From an uncultured Oscillibacter sp. (GTDB lineage: Bacteria > Bacillota > Clostridia > Oscillospirales > Oscillospiraceae): 64,000 bases of DNA. Where the stretch lies: the NCBI GenBank assembly GCA_910585165.1, contig CAJUBX010000001.1, positions 6,247 through 70,246 of the forward strand, read 5' to 3'. A model generated the notes under the pieces. The model ran no database searches, had not been told where the DNA came from, and was given only the letters and a program-made list of their open reading frames with translations. The translations under genes were made by a program, and so were the position numbers. Position 1 is the first letter of the stretch; each line of letters begins with the position of its first letter. Below are positions 8,765-19,401 of this stretch, one piece after another.

Positions 8765-9208
8765 TCAGCCGGCCAGACGCTGGGACAGCTGTTCCAAAAT
8801 ATAGTCTCCCAGGTCCTTCCGCTCGGACTCCGCGTCCGCCTGGGCGGCCTGCAGGCTGGCATAGGCGCGGGCGGTCTTTTCCACGTCGGCCTCCTCCCGC
8901 AGGGATTCGATCCAGGCGTCCAGAGCCTTCATTATGCGGTCCCAGTCCTCCTGTTCCTCCTTTTTCTCCTTGCTCAGCTTCATCCGATCCAGCATGGTGC
9001 GCTGAACTCCGGACAAGGCGGTGAGAAGGCTGTCCTTCATAAAGGCTTCCCGGCCGGGAGAAGCGGCTGCCTTTTGGGCGCTTTGGGCCTTGGCGGCGCT
9101 TTGGACAAGCTGCTCCTGGAAGGAGGAACCGGCGGGTTCGCCCCGCCGGGCTGCGGGGCGGCGGTTTTCCGTGGGGGCCTGGGCGTTTGTCAGGGATGAA
9201 ATGCTCAT
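8765..9208 (-). CDS. Hypothetical coiled-coil protein
   Basis: Start moved to MSISSLTN so the gene does not overlap rny. No family recognised. Confidence 0.5.
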   Translation of the reverse strand: MSISSLTNAQAPTENRRPAARRGEPAGSSFQEQLVQSAAKAQSAQKAAASPGREAFMKDSLLTALSGVQRTMLDRMKLSKEKKEEQEDWDRIMKALDAWIESLREEADVEKTARAYASLQAAQADAESERKDLGDYILEQLSQRLAG

Positions 9209-9329
9209 TTTGCGGCGCTTCCTTTCGTTTTCATATGATAGGTAAAAAGCAGAAAGCGGCTGTGAAGGTGTATCACGGCCGCTTTCTGTTCCCTGCGTTG
9301 TGTCCCTCCGCAGTCCGTTGCGGAGGAGA

Positions 9330-10895
9330 TTATTTTGCGTATTCGACGACTTTGGTTTCCCGGAGGACATGGACCTTGATTTGACCGGGGTACTCCATTT
9401 CCTCCTCAATCTTCTTGGCAAGATCCCGGGCCAGAATGACCATCTGATCCTCAGATACCTGCTCGGGCTTCACCATGACGCGGACCTCCCGGCCCGCCTG
9501 AATGGCGAAGGCCTTGTCCACGCCGGGATAGGAGCCGGTGATGGTCTCCAGCTGCTCCAGGCGCTTAATGTAGTTCTCCAGGTTTTCACGGCGGGCGCCG
9601 GGCCGGGCGGCGGAAATGGCGTCTGCGGCCTGAACCAGGCAGGCGACGATGGTCCTGGGCTCCACATCGTTGTGGTGGGCCTCGATGGCGTGAATAATGT
9701 CCTCTTTCTCCTTGTACTTCCGGGCAAACTCCACGCCCAGGGCCACATGGGTGCCCTCCATCTCGTGGTCCACGGACTTGCCGAGGTCGTGGAGCAGGCC
9801 CGCCCGTTTGGCGGCCTGAACGTCCACACCCAGCTCCGCCGCCATCATGCCGGCGATGTGGCTGACTTCCACGGAGTGCTGGAGAACGTTCTGGCCGTAA
9901 CTGGTGCGGTAATGGAGGCGGCCCAGCATCTTCACCAACTCCGGGTGGAGGCTGCGGATGCCGCACTCGAAGGTGACCCGCTCGCCCTCAGCTTTGATGG
10001 TGGCGTCCACCTCCCGGCGGGCCTTTTCCACCATTTCCTCAATATGGGTGGGGTGGATGCGCCCGTCGGAAATCAGCTTTTCCAGGGCCAGTCGGGCAAT
10101 TTCCCGGCGCACCGGCTCAAAGCAGGAGACGGTGATGGCCTCCGGCGTATCGTCGATGATAAGGTCCACGCCTGTCAGGGTTTCGATGGTGCGGATGTTC
10201 CGGCCTTCCCGGCCGATGATACGGCCCTTCATCTCGTCATTGGGCAGGGGAACCACACTGACGGTCATATCGGCCACCTGATCGGCGGCACAGCGCTGGA
10301 TAGCCTGGGCTACGATCTCCCGGGCCCGGGCGTCGCACTCCTCCTTCATCCGGGACTCCACCTCTTTGATTTTCAAGGCGGTCTCGTGGGTGACTTCCGC
10401 TTCCACCTGGTCGATGAGGTACTGCTTCGCCTCCTCGGTAGTGAAGCCGGAGATGCGCTCCAGCATTTCGGTCTGGCCGCGCTTAACAAGTTTGATTTCC
10501 TCGGTTTCCTTGTCGATGGCGGCGTGCTTTTGAGTCAGGGACTCCTCTTTTTTCTCCACGGCCTCGATCTTGCGGTCGAGGTTTTCCTCCTTTTGCTGCA
10601 GGCGGTTTTCCTGCCGCTGAAGGTCGGCGCGGCGTTCCTTGACTTCCTTTTCGTACTCGCTGCGGTTTTTTAAGATCTCCTCTTTGGCTTCCAGCAGGGC
10701 CTCGCGCTTTTTGGATTCGGCGCTTTTGATGGCCTCGTTGACGATGCGCGTTCCCTCTTGCTCGGCGCTGGAGATTTCTTTTTCAGAGACGTTCTTCCGG
10801 TAGCGAATACCAAGCGGGAAGCAAATCACGCCGCCGGCCACCAACCCGATTAAGAGGGTGATGATGATCTGAATCACGGCTGCTGATTCCTCCAT
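9330..10895 (-). CDS. rny: Ribonuclease Y
   Basis: 521 aa. N-terminal TM, coiled coil, KH domain ([12 protein letters not shown]), HD domain (HDLGK...HH). Confidence 0.95.
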   Translation of the reverse strand: MEESAAVIQIIITLLIGLVAGGVICFPLGIRYRKNVSEKEISSAEQEGTRIVNEAIKSAESKKREALLEAKEEILKNRSEYEKEVKERRADLQRQENRLQQKEENLDRKIEAVEKKEESLTQKHAAIDKETEEIKLVKRGQTEMLERISGFTTEEAKQYLIDQVEAEVTHETALKIKEVESRMKEECDARAREIVAQAIQRCAADQVADMTVSVVPLPNDEMKGRIIGREGRNIRTIETLTGVDLIIDDTPEAITVSCFEPVRREIARLALEKLISDGRIHPTHIEEMVEKARREVDATIKAEGERVTFECGIRSLHPELVKMLGRLHYRTSYGQNVLQHSVEVSHIAGMMAAELGVDVQAAKRAGLLHDLGKSVDHEMEGTHVALGVEFARKYKEKEDIIHAIEAHHNDVEPRTIVACLVQAADAISAARPGARRENLENYIKRLEQLETITGSYPGVDKAFAIQAGREVRVMVKPEQVSEDQMVILARDLAKKIEEEMEYPGQIKVHVLRETKVVEYAK

Positions 10896-11411
10896 TCAAT
10901 TTTGGTATTGCCGCGGGAAGCCCGCTTCAAAAACCGTCAACACGCCCGTACGGCGGAGAGGCGCGTTTCCCCTCCAAGGGCATGAATGTCCCCGGGGCGG
11001 TATGGCCGCCGGCGGCTGTCGGACATGGGTTTCCTTGTCTTCCGCCCGCGTCCCGAATGGGGGACGCCTGTCTTTCCAAGGCGGAATGTCTTTCGCTGTT
11101 GGGCGCATTGCCGGTTTCCAAAACAAGACCCGCGGACAGGAGCGTTTTAGAAAACGACCGGAGGGCACCCCTTTGCCCTCCGACGGCAATCTGCCTTTAG
11201 TTTAAACTTTTACTGGACCGCTGTCAAGCAAAATCCTCAAACCGGAGGCGAAATCACAAGAAAATTTTGGCAGGAACGGAAATGCCCGCCAAACCCGGCG
11301 CAAAAGCAACAGCCGCGTGGTCAAAATACTTGGAGGAAGCGTATGGCCGCGCACGCCGTTCTCCGCCCTGCTCCCGTCCTCTCCCATTTCTAATGATTCT
11401 TCCGAACGGCT

Positions 11412-12152
11412 CTAAGTATCAATATACGCGGCGGCGGCGTAGCCCACATGTCCTTGGTGGTGGACGACGTACCAGCCCTGCCACTCGCCGTATATGGTTA
11501 CCGGCGCGCCGTCCGGGAGGTTTGCCAGGATGGTTCCGGTGGGGGCGGGATAGCTCCGCAGGTTCAGCGTTCCCCAGCTGACGGCGACGGCGCCTTGGAC
11601 AGGGTCCATGGGGTAGATAAAAGGAAGGCCGAAGAACTCCGTAAGGGCCCGGGCCAGCTGCTGGGCGATGGCGTCCATGTGTCCCTCCACCCAGACGGCG
11701 TCAGACCAGTTGTCGTGGTAGCCGATTTCCACCAGGACCGCCGGGGCGTTGGACTGGGAAACCTCTCCCAGGGTGGTGGTGGAGCGGGTGGTGACTTTTC
11801 CGGGGAGGGGGTAAATTTTCCGCAGCTCCTGGGCAATGAGCTCCGCCGCCCGCTGGCCCTGGCGGCTGCCGGGATAGTAGAAGGCGATGATCCCCCGCTC
11901 CTCGCCGTAGCGCCCCTCCGGCGCGCCGTTGGAATGCAGGGCCAGGTAGAGGTCGTAGGTTCCCCGGTTGGCCTCCCGGATGGAGGACCCGGCGGTCATC
12001 TCGGGCTTGTTGCGCTTGTATTGAATGCCGTTGGAGAGGAGATAGGGGACCAGGGCGTCCGCCAGCAGGTTCATATTGTATTCCTCCGAACCGCTGCCGG
12101 TAACGTAGCTGTTCCACTCCTGTGTCGATGGGCTTAAATAAATCGTGGGCAT
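11412..12152 (-). CDS. N-acetylmuramoyl-L-alanine amidase (Amidase_3) with C-terminal SH3b domain
   Basis: IYLSPSTQ..., LALHSNG and VLVEIGYHDN motifs. C-terminal NLRSYP...GWYVV is an SH3-like domain. Confidence 0.85.
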   Translation of the reverse strand: MPTIYLSPSTQEWNSYVTGSGSEEYNMNLLADALVPYLLSNGIQYKRNKPEMTAGSSIREANRGTYDLYLALHSNGAPEGRYGEERGIIAFYYPGSRQGQRAAELIAQELRKIYPLPGKVTTRSTTTLGEVSQSNAPAVLVEIGYHDNWSDAVWVEGHMDAIAQQLARALTEFFGLPFIYPMDPVQGAVAVSWGTLNLRSYPAPTGTILANLPDGAPVTIYGEWQGWYVVHHQGHVGYAAAAYIDT

Positions 12153-12241
12153 GGCAATTCCTCCTTCTCTATGAATCCTATGGAAATCCGGAAGGAAGTG
12201 TGCTATATTAGGAGAGAAAAAATGCCGGGAGGGCTTGACCT

Positions 12242-13471
12242 ATGAAAGCAGAGCGCGCATACCCCAGCGCCGCCGTCACACCCAAGGCCGAAGCGGCCAT
12301 TCTCCGGGGACACCCTTGGGTTTACGGCGCGGAAATTTTGCCTGTGGAGAGCACGCCGGAAAACGGCGGCTTGGTGGACGTGCGAAGCCGGAAGGGCGCG
12401 TACCTGGGCACCGGATTTTGGTCGGAGCGGTCAAAAATCCGGGTCCGCCTGATTTCCCGAAACGCCAACGACCGCTTTGACGCCGCATTTTGGGAGCGGA
12501 AGCTCCGCTGGGCCTGGGAGTACCGGAAGACCGTCATGGCCCCGGAGGACCTGGACGCCTGCCGCGTTGTGTTCGGAGAGGCGGACATGTTTCCCGGATT
12601 GACGGTGGACAAGTTCCATGACCTCCTCAGCGTCCAGGTGCTGTCGGCAGGCATGGAGAGGATTAAGGACCGGGTGCTTCCCGCGCTGGTCTGCGTCCTT
12701 CGGGAGGACGGGCAGGCTGTCCGGGGCGTTTTTGAGCGGAACGATGTTCCTCTCCGGGAGAAGGAGGGCCTTGCGCAGTACAAGGGCTGGTTCCCCCTGC
12801 CGGGAGAGGCCGTACCGGAGTCCCCGGTGACGGAGATTGTGGAAAACGGCGTGAAATACCTGGTAGATGTAGAGAACGGCCAGAAAACCGGGTTTTTCCT
12901 GGATCAAAAGTATAACCGCTTGGCAGTCAGGCGGCTGGCGGAGGGAAAAACGGTGCTGGACTGCTTCACCCACACCGGCTCCTTTGCGCTGAACGCCGCC
13001 TTGGGCGGAGCGAAGCATGTCACCGCCGTGGACGTGTCGGCCTCCGCAGTGGAGATGGCCCGGGCCAACGCGGAGCGGAACGGCCTGGGCGGCGTGGTGG
13101 ACTGCGTGGCGGCCAATGTCTTCGAGCTGCTCCCGGCCCTGGAAAAGGAGGCGGCGAAATACGACTTCATCATCCTGGACCCGCCGGCCTTCACAAAATC
13201 CCGGAAGACGGCGGCCAGCGCTATGACGGGGTATAAGGAAATCAACTACCGGGCCATGAAGCTTCTTCCCCGGGGCGGCTACCTGGCCACCTGCTCCTGT
13301 TCCCACTTCGCGGAGGAGGAGAAATTCACGGCCATGCTCCGCTCCGCCGCCCATGACGCCGGGGTTCGCCTCCGGCAGATCGAGGCGCGGCAGCAAAGCT
13401 GCGACCACCCGGTTTTGTGGGGGGTGGAGGAGACAAATTATTTGAAGTTTTACCTGTTTCAAGTGGTTTGA
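12242..13471 (+). CDS. Class I SAM-dependent rRNA methyltransferase (RlmI-like, PUA + MTase)
   Basis: 409 aa. N-terminal HPWVY PUA-like region, QKTGFFLDQ, LDCFTHTGSFAL, DPPAF. Confidence 0.85.
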   Translation: MKAERAYPSAAVTPKAEAAILRGHPWVYGAEILPVESTPENGGLVDVRSRKGAYLGTGFWSERSKIRVRLISRNANDRFDAAFWERKLRWAWEYRKTVMAPEDLDACRVVFGEADMFPGLTVDKFHDLLSVQVLSAGMERIKDRVLPALVCVLREDGQAVRGVFERNDVPLREKEGLAQYKGWFPLPGEAVPESPVTEIVENGVKYLVDVENGQKTGFFLDQKYNRLAVRRLAEGKTVLDCFTHTGSFALNAALGGAKHVTAVDVSASAVEMARANAERNGLGGVVDCVAANVFELLPALEKEAAKYDFIILDPPAFTKSRKTAASAMTGYKEINYRAMKLLPRGGYLATCSCSHFAEEEKFTAMLRSAAHDAGVRLRQIEARQQSCDHPVLWGVEETNYLKFYLFQVV

Positions 13472-13998
13472 GCCGTGGAAAATGCGGCCCGCATCCCCCT
13501 CAGGTCCCCCGTGGTCCGAAGAAACCAAAAGGAGCACGCCAAATCCCCGGCAAAGACCAGCAGACAGGCGTACGTCACCGCCGGAGGAACCGCTGCCGCC
13601 AGCGTCTGCATGCCCGGCTGGATGAAGCGCACCGCCGCCCACACCAGCATGCCCCAGGCCAGCGTAAAGGGCGGGCAGACCCGTCCCTGCAGGTTTCCCG
13701 GAACCTGGGAATAATCCCAGAACCGTACGCCCAGGAACCGTTCGCCGGCCCAGTGGAAGGCATATTCCACCGCCGTGGCCGCCAGCCCGCCGAAGACGAT
13801 GAGCTCCGGCCCACCCATAGGCGGCAGGGCCAGCACCGCCAGCATCCCCAGGCCGTACACCGGGCACAGGGGCAGCACCAAAAGGCAGCGCCTCCGCCGG
13901 TCCTCCGACCGGGAGACAGCGGCAAAGGCCAGTTCCACCAGCCAGCCAAGAAAGCTGTAAATCCAAACGTACCAGAGCCAAGGGCCCATCATAATCAC
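13459..13998 (-). CDS. Multi-pass membrane protein (DUF1113 / putative ABC-transporter type IV family)
   Basis: 179 aa. YSFLGWLVE motif near the N-terminus, 4-5 TM segments. Confidence 0.6.
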   Translation of the reverse strand: MIMMGPWLWYVWIYSFLGWLVELAFAAVSRSEDRRRRCLLVLPLCPVYGLGMLAVLALPPMGGPELIVFGGLAATAVEYAFHWAGERFLGVRFWDYSQVPGNLQGRVCPPFTLAWGMLVWAAVRFIQPGMQTLAAAVPPAVTYACLLVFAGDLACSFWFLRTTGDLRGMRAAFSTAQTT

Positions 13999-14107
13999 CC
14001 CGGGGTTCAGTATCTCCCGGAGGTGGGATGGTATCCGCCTCTTGCGCAGGCAGTTTTTTCATGGTACAATGGTCGAAAAAGAGCGGAAAAGACAGGAGGA
14101 GAACAGA

Positions 14108-14677
14108 ATGGATACATGGGAAAGCCTGCGGAGCGAGTGCCTGGAGTGTAAAGGGTGTTCCCTTGCCGATACCCGCCACAACGTGGTTTTCGGGGACGGC
14201 GCGGAGGACGCGGAGATTTTGTTTATCGGAGAAGGCCCCGGACAGCACGAGGACGAGCAGGGAAAGCCCTTCGTGGGCCGGGCCGGGAAACTGCTGGATG
14301 AGATGCTGGAGATGGTAAACCTGGACCGGAGCAAGGTCTACATCGCAAATATCGTCAAATGCCGCCCGCCCCAGAACCGGGACCCTCTGGGGGTGGAACA
14401 GGACGCGTGCATCGGCTGGCTGCGCCGCCAGACGGCGCTGCTGCGGCCCAAGATCATTGTCTGCCTGGGCCGCATTGCCGCCAAGGTCATTATCAAAGAC
14501 GATTTCCGCATTACCCAGGAGCATGGGCAGTGGTTTGAGCGAAACGGCGTGTGGATGACCGCCCTCTACCACCCGGCGGCCCTGCTGCGGGACGTTCGCA
14601 AGCGCCCCGACACCTTTGAGGATTTGAAGGCCATCCAGGCCAAGGCCAGGGAACTGTGCGGCCATACGGAGCTTTGA
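14108..14677 (+). CDS. Uracil-DNA glycosylase, family 4
   Basis: Start at MDTWESL after GGAGGAG. CxxC..., GEGPG, FVGRAG and KCRPP motifs. Confidence 0.9.
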   Translation: MDTWESLRSECLECKGCSLADTRHNVVFGDGAEDAEILFIGEGPGQHEDEQGKPFVGRAGKLLDEMLEMVNLDRSKVYIANIVKCRPPQNRDPLGVEQDACIGWLRRQTALLRPKIIVCLGRIAAKVIIKDDFRITQEHGQWFERNGVWMTALYHPAALLRDVRKRPDTFEDLKAIQAKARELCGHTEL

Positions 14678-14725
14678 GCATTCGGCTGGGGGAGGGCCGT
14701 CCTTCCCCCCAGTTTTTTGCCAAAA

Positions 14726-14754
14726 TGTAAACCTTATAAAAAAATAAGTTGACA
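14726..14754. promoter_or_regulatory. BirA-type operator
   Basis: TGTAAAC-N15-GTTGACA inverted repeat directly upstream of bioY. The right half overlaps the -35 box. Confidence 0.6.
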
Positions 14755-14777
14755 ATTGGGCGGACTTGCGCTATTCT
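14749..14777 (+). promoter_or_regulatory. bioY promoter
   Basis: TTGACA-17 nt-TATTCT. Confidence 0.5.
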
Positions 14778-14809
14778 CAAGGGCAGGAAATAAAAGGAGG
14801 AACCAAGCT

Positions 14810-15370
14810 ATGCCAGAGAAAACCCTGTCCCGCCTGCGGACGAAAGACCTGACCCTCATCGCCCTGTTTACCGTCCTGACGGCGGTCTGCGCCTGGATTT
14901 CCGTGCCCGTCCCCGCGCCGTTGATCCAGTTTACCATGCAGACCTTCGCCATTTTTGCCGCCCTGATGACTCTGGGAGGTAGGCGGGGAACCTACGCCGT
15001 TACCGCCTACCTTCTGTTGGGGGCTGTGGGCGCGCCGGTTTTCAGCGGCTTTAGAGGGGGCCCCGGCGTACTGCTGGGGGCCACCGGCGGTTACATTCTG
15101 GGATTTTTATTCACCGCCCTGCTCTACTGGGGCATGACAGCGAAGCTGGGGGAGTCCCTTCCGGTAAAGCTGGCTGCCGGGACGCTGGGCATGGCGGCAT
15201 ATTACGCCTTTGGAACCGCCTGGTATCTGGCGCTTTACGCGCATATGGGGAAGCCCATGGGGCTTTTGTCCGCCTTGGGCTACTGCGTATTTCCGTTCAT
15301 ACTTCCGGACCTGATCAAGTTGGCTCTGGCGGCGCTGCTGGCCCAGCGGGTGGGAAACTATGTGCGGTGA
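14810..15370 (+). CDS. bioY: Biotin transporter BioY (ECF S component)
   Basis: Start at MPEKTL after AAAGGAGG. PITLQTFAV-like segment (IQFTMQTFAIF), GGYILGF, 6 TM. Confidence 0.9.
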   Translation: MPEKTLSRLRTKDLTLIALFTVLTAVCAWISVPVPAPLIQFTMQTFAIFAALMTLGGRRGTYAVTAYLLLGAVGAPVFSGFRGGPGVLLGATGGYILGFLFTALLYWGMTAKLGESLPVKLAAGTLGMAAYYAFGTAWYLALYAHMGKPMGLLSALGYCVFPFILPDLIKLALAALLAQRVGNYVR

Positions 15371-15393
15371 TTTTGCCCTCTCTTTCTTGTAAA

Positions 15394-15428
15394 AAACCTG
15401 GCCGGCGCAACATGCGCCGGCCAGGTTT
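15394..15428. terminator. Bidirectional rho-independent terminator
   Basis: aaacctggccggcgc-aacat-gcgccggccaggttt with a flanking A-run and T-run. Confidence 0.75.
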
Positions 15429-15429
15429 C

Positions 15430-15882
15430 TCATTCCGCGGTTTCCGCAGGGTCCTGCAGATACTGGTATTCCAGCAGCAGCCGCCCGGTGCCGCTGGACA
15501 TATTTCCAAAATGATAGGGCTGGTCCGCCCGGAACCGGAGGGCGTCCCGTTCCAGAAGCTGAAAGTCCTGGCCCTCCGCCGTCAGGCTGACGGTGCCGGA
15601 AATCACCGTAGCATGGCAGATACAGCCGGGCAGGGAAGGAGCGGGAGCGTATTTTGCGCCAATGTACAGATCCAGAAAACAGCTCATCATGCGGGTTTTG
15701 CCGTCGTAAGGGAGGCTTGGCCGCAGAACGGTTCTGCCGCCGTCCAGATACCGGGGCCGGGAATCCTGAACCCGGGCCAGAATAGGGCCGTCCTTTGGCG
15801 GCTCCGGTTTTGACGCTCCTGTCTCCGGCTTGTGGGGCATAAGGCGCTCGCCGGGGATAGGCTTGAACAGATCGTCCTCCAT
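15430..15882 (-). CDS. Cupin domain protein (start uncertain: 15882, 15912 or 15957)
   Basis: C-terminal beta-barrel-like region GCICHATVISGTVSL...LERDALRF. GGAGGA lies upstream of the 15882 ATG. Confidence 0.55.
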   Translation of the reverse strand: MEDDLFKPIPGERLMPHKPETGASKPEPPKDGPILARVQDSRPRYLDGGRTVLRPSLPYDGKTRMMSCFLDLYIGAKYAPAPSLPGCICHATVISGTVSLTAEGQDFQLLERDALRFRADQPYHFGNMSSGTGRLLLEYQYLQDPAETAE

Positions 15883-16015
15883 ATGCGCACGCTCCTCCGT
15901 TCTCTCTCTCATCGGAATAACCTGCTTTATACTACCCGTTTTGTCGAAATTTGTCAAGGCGCATGTGGAGGCTCGGGAAGCTGGCCGCCCGCTGCGGAAT
16001 ATCCCGGCGGCGGTC

Positions 16016-16044
16016 TTGACGGCGGCGGCATTGTCCTGTAAAAT
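16016..16044 (+). promoter_or_regulatory. tgt promoter
   Basis: TTGACG-17 nt-TAAAAT. Confidence 0.4.
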
Positions 16045-16148
16045 GGAAGCGGCAAAACACCAAGCCCGGCATACGGAAGAAAGCGGTCCCGCCGGGGGAA
16101 ACAGCGCTGCGGGTCTTTTGCAACGCTTATAAGAAATAGGAGAGACGG

Positions 16149-17282
16149 ATGTTTAAACTGCTGAAAACAGAGGGCCGCGCCCGGCGCGGCGAGTTTTCCT
16201 GCGCCCACGGCGGCGCGGTTCAGACCCCGGTGTTCATGAATGTAGGCACCCAGGCCGCTATCAAAGGCGGCGTGGACGCGTTTGATCTTCGGGAGGTGGG
16301 ATGTCAAATTGAACTGAGCAACACCTACCACCTGCACCTCCGGCCCGGGGACGGGCTGATCCGGCGGCTGGGCGGGCTTCACAAATTCATGAATTGGGAC
16401 GGGCCTATACTTACGGATTCCGGCGGATTTCAGGTTTTTTCCCTGGCCTCCCTCCGCCGGATTAAGGAGGAGGGGGTTTATTTCTCCTCCCACATCGACG
16501 GGCAAAAGATATTCATGGGCCCGGAAGAGTCCATGCGCATCCAGTCCAACCTGGGCAGCGATGTGGCCATGGCCTTTGACGAGTGCGTGGAGAATCCGGC
16601 GGCGTATGAGTACGCCAAAGCCTCCTGCCAGCGGACCCTCCGGTGGCTGGAGCGCTGCAAGCGGGAGCATGACCGCCTGAACGCCCTGCCGGATACCGTT
16701 AATCCGGGCCAGCTTCTCTTCGGCATCAACCAGGGAGCCACATTCCCGGACCTCCGCGTCTGGCACATGGAGGAGATCGCCAAGCTGGACTGCGACGGCT
16801 ACGCCATCGGGGGCCTGGCGGTGGGGGAGCCCACTCAGGTAATGTACGACATCATTGACGCGGTGGAGCCCCACATGCCCCGGGAAAAGCCCCGGTATCT
16901 TATGGGCGTGGGTACGCCGAGCAACATAATCGAGGGGGTGGCCCGGGGAATAGACTTCTTTGACTGCGTCATGCCCTCCCGGAACGGGCGGCACGGGAAG
17001 CTCTTTACTTGGGAGGGGACCGTCAATATTCTCAACGCCAAGCACGCCACAGACGACAGGCCCGTCAGCGAACGCTGCGGCTGCCCGGTGTGCAGGCGGT
17101 TCTCCCGGGCCTATCTCCGGCATCTTTTCAAGGCGGAGGAAACCCTGGGCCTGCGGCTGGCGGTGCTGCACAACCTGTATTTTTACAACGAGCTTACCGC
17201 CAAAATCCGGGAGGCGCTGGACGAGGGGCGCTTCGCGGACTTTCGGGCGGAGTACAGCGAGAAACTGGCGGCGCGGGTTTGA
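16149..17282 (+). CDS. tgt: tRNA-guanine transglycosylase (queuine tRNA-ribosyltransferase)
   Basis: TPVFMNVGT, LTDSGGFQV and GLAVGE motifs, C-terminal zinc site CGCPVC...H. Confidence 0.95.
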   Translation: MFKLLKTEGRARRGEFSCAHGGAVQTPVFMNVGTQAAIKGGVDAFDLREVGCQIELSNTYHLHLRPGDGLIRRLGGLHKFMNWDGPILTDSGGFQVFSLASLRRIKEEGVYFSSHIDGQKIFMGPEESMRIQSNLGSDVAMAFDECVENPAAYEYAKASCQRTLRWLERCKREHDRLNALPDTVNPGQLLFGINQGATFPDLRVWHMEEIAKLDCDGYAIGGLAVGEPTQVMYDIIDAVEPHMPREKPRYLMGVGTPSNIIEGVARGIDFFDCVMPSRNGRHGKLFTWEGTVNILNAKHATDDRPVSERCGCPVCRRFSRAYLRHLFKAEETLGLRLAVLHNLYFYNELTAKIREALDEGRFADFRAEYSEKLAARV

Positions 17283-17302
17283 AAATGCGGAGATAAGGAC
17301 GA

Positions 17303-17929
17303 ATGAAAAATCCTTGGGAATCGGTTCCGCTGGGGGATTATGAAAACCACATGAAGCTGGGCTCCGTTATGCAGCTCCAGGCGCTCAGCGAGATGATGAA
17401 GGACCAGTTCAGCGCCTGCCCGGCCGCCAGGGTCCTGATATTGGGCATTGCGGGCGGAAACGGCCTGGAACATGTCCGGCCCGGACAATTTGAAACGGTG
17501 TATGGCGTTGACGTCAACGCCTCTTACCTGGAAGCGGCGTCGGCCCGGTATCCTGGTTTAGAGGGCGTGCTGGAATGCCTGCGGGCGGATTTAAGGGAGG
17601 ATTCCTGCCGTCTGCCGGAGGCGGATTTGGTCATTGCGAACCTGATTATCGAATATATAGGATATAGGTGCTTTGAAAAAGCCATCCGGCAAACAGGTCC
17701 AAGGGCCGTCTCGTGCGTCATTCAGATCAACCGTGAAGAAGGCGGCTGGGTATCGGATTCTCCCTATCTGCACGCGTTCGACGGTCTGGAACGGGTGCAT
17801 TGCCGCATAGATGCGGCGGAATTGGAACAGGTGATGAGGAAAGCCGGATACCGCAAAGGCAAAACGCTGGAGCGGGCGCTCCCCAATGGAAAGGCGCTCC
17901 TTCGGATGGATTTTTTAAGGAACCGGTGA
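17303..17929 (+). CDS. Class I SAM-dependent methyltransferase
   Basis: VLILGIAGGNG (motif I), DLVIANLIIEY. Confidence 0.75.
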   Translation: MKNPWESVPLGDYENHMKLGSVMQLQALSEMMKDQFSACPAARVLILGIAGGNGLEHVRPGQFETVYGVDVNASYLEAASARYPGLEGVLECLRADLREDSCRLPEADLVIANLIIEYIGYRCFEKAIRQTGPRAVSCVIQINREEGGWVSDSPYLHAFDGLERVHCRIDAAELEQVMRKAGYRKGKTLERALPNGKALLRMDFLRNR

Positions 17930-17977
17930 TGAAAGCCCCGCGCACATAAGGCGGGCCGTTTTGCCCGCCGGCCGGAC

Positions 17978-18012
17978 AAAAAAGCTCCCGGACAAAAGTC
18001 CGGGAGCTTTTC
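17978..18012. terminator. Bidirectional rho-independent terminator
   Basis: aaaagctcccggac-aaaa-gtccgggagctttt between convergent genes. Confidence 0.75.
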
Positions 18013-18021
18013 TCGTTCTCG

Positions 18022-18210
18022 TTAAACCGCTCTGGTAACCTTGCCGGAGCGCATGCACCGGGTGCAGACATACACGTGGCGGGGGGAACCGTCCACGATT
18101 GCCTTGACACGTTTCACGTTGGGCTTCCAGGGACGGTTGGAACGCCGGTGAGAGTGAGAGACTTGAATACCAAAGGTCACGCCTTTGCCGCAATACTCGC
18201 ACTTAGCCAT
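18022..18210 (-). CDS. rpmB: 50S ribosomal protein L28
   Basis: MAKCEYCGKG...VSHSHRRSNR... Confidence 0.9.
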   Translation of the reverse strand: MAKCEYCGKGVTFGIQVSHSHRRSNRPWKPNVKRVKAIVDGSPRHVYVCTRCMRSGKVTRAV

Positions 18211-18266
18211 CCATTGCACCTCCCCGCTGTCGCATAGTCGTGCGTATTTTCATAAGCACGAGTGTT

Positions 18267-18295
18267 ATAATAACAGAATCTATCGAAAAATGCAA
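18267..18295 (-). promoter_or_regulatory. rpmB promoter
   Basis: Minus strand TTGCAT-17 nt-TATTAT. Confidence 0.4.
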
Positions 18296-18361
18296 GAAGA
18301 ATTTTCAAAAAAGCAGAAGTTTTTTTGCGGGGTTTCTCTCCCATCTTCTGCGCGGAAGGTG

Positions 18362-18390
18362 TTGCGGAATTGTAAGACTTCATATATAAT
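18362..18390 (+). promoter_or_regulatory. hprK operon promoter
   Basis: TTGCGG-17 nt-TATAAT. Confidence 0.45.
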
Positions 18391-18459
18391 GGAAGCAAGC
18401 GCGTCGCGGACGCGTAAACCAAGGACGCCCGGCCTCTTGCCGGGAAAAGGAGTAAGGCC

Positions 18460-19389
18460 ATGCGTGAACACGGTTTGAAGGTGAAGGATTTTGTATCCCT
18501 CTTTAGTTTGGAGGTCTTAAACTGCGGCAGCGACTTTGAAAGCGCCCTGCTGACCGTCCCGGACCTGAACCGGCCGGGCCTCCAGTTCCACAGCTTTTAC
18601 GACTATTTTGATCCCTGCCGCCTCCAGGTCATCGGCAAGGCGGAGGTCACTTACCTCCGGGGACTCTCCGACGCCCAGCGCCGCAAATGCTTCGACGACC
18701 TGTTCCTATACGATATCCCCGCCCTGGTCATAGCCCGGGGCCTGGACTGCTTCCCCGAATGCATTGAGAGCGCCGTGGAGCATCAGAAAACGCTGCTGCG
18801 GACCAATGAGGTGACGGTGGCTTTTACCAGCCGGACCATTGAATATCTGAACCGGGTGCTGGCTCCCTGCGTCACCCGCCACGGCGTGCTGCTGGACATC
18901 TACGGCGAGGGCGTCATGATTACCGGCGATTCCGGCGTGGGCAAGAGCGAGGCGGCAATCGAGCTGATTATGCGGGGCCACCGCCTGGTAGCCGACGACG
19001 CGGTGGAGCTCCGGCGGGTCTCCGGCCGCCTGACGGGTTCCGCTCCGGAGGTCATCCGCAACTACATTGAGTTGCGGGGCATCGGCGTCATCAATGTGCA
19101 GCAGCTTTTTGGGGTGCGGGCTGTTAAAAATGAGGCCCAGCTGGATCTGGTAGTGAATTTTGAGCCTTGGGACAGCGAAAAGTTCTATGACCGTCTGGGC
19201 ATTGAGGATCATTACATTGACATTCTGGACATCCAGGTTCCCACTTTGACCATTCCGGTGCGCCCCGGGCGGAATCTGGCCAGCATTGTGGAGGTGGCGG
19301 CGATGAACAACCGGCACCGGAAATTGGGATACAATGCGGCCCAGGAGCTGGCTCAAAAAGTGGACGCCCGGGCGGATGGAAAGCTGTAA
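18460..19389 (+). CDS. hprK: HPr kinase/phosphorylase
   Basis: GDSGVGKSE Walker A, LVADD, IELRGIGVINV. Confidence 0.95.
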   Translation: MREHGLKVKDFVSLFSLEVLNCGSDFESALLTVPDLNRPGLQFHSFYDYFDPCRLQVIGKAEVTYLRGLSDAQRRKCFDDLFLYDIPALVIARGLDCFPECIESAVEHQKTLLRTNEVTVAFTSRTIEYLNRVLAPCVTRHGVLLDIYGEGVMITGDSGVGKSEAAIELIMRGHRLVADDAVELRRVSGRLTGSAPEVIRNYIELRGIGVINVQQLFGVRAVKNEAQLDLVVNFEPWDSEKFYDRLGIEDHYIDILDIQVPTLTIPVRPGRNLASIVEVAAMNNRHRKLGYNAAQELAQKVDARADGKL

Positions 19390-19401
19390 GGAGGCATAAA
19401 C

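Noticed and set aside
10896-11411. The 516-bp gap upstream of rny as a hidden gene or known structured RNA.
   Set aside because: I recognised only a plausible promoter (minus strand TTGACA-17 nt-TAAACT at 11199-11227) and a hairpin. ORFs there are Pro/Arg-rich shadows and no riboswitch signature was seen. It is most simply a long rny leader.
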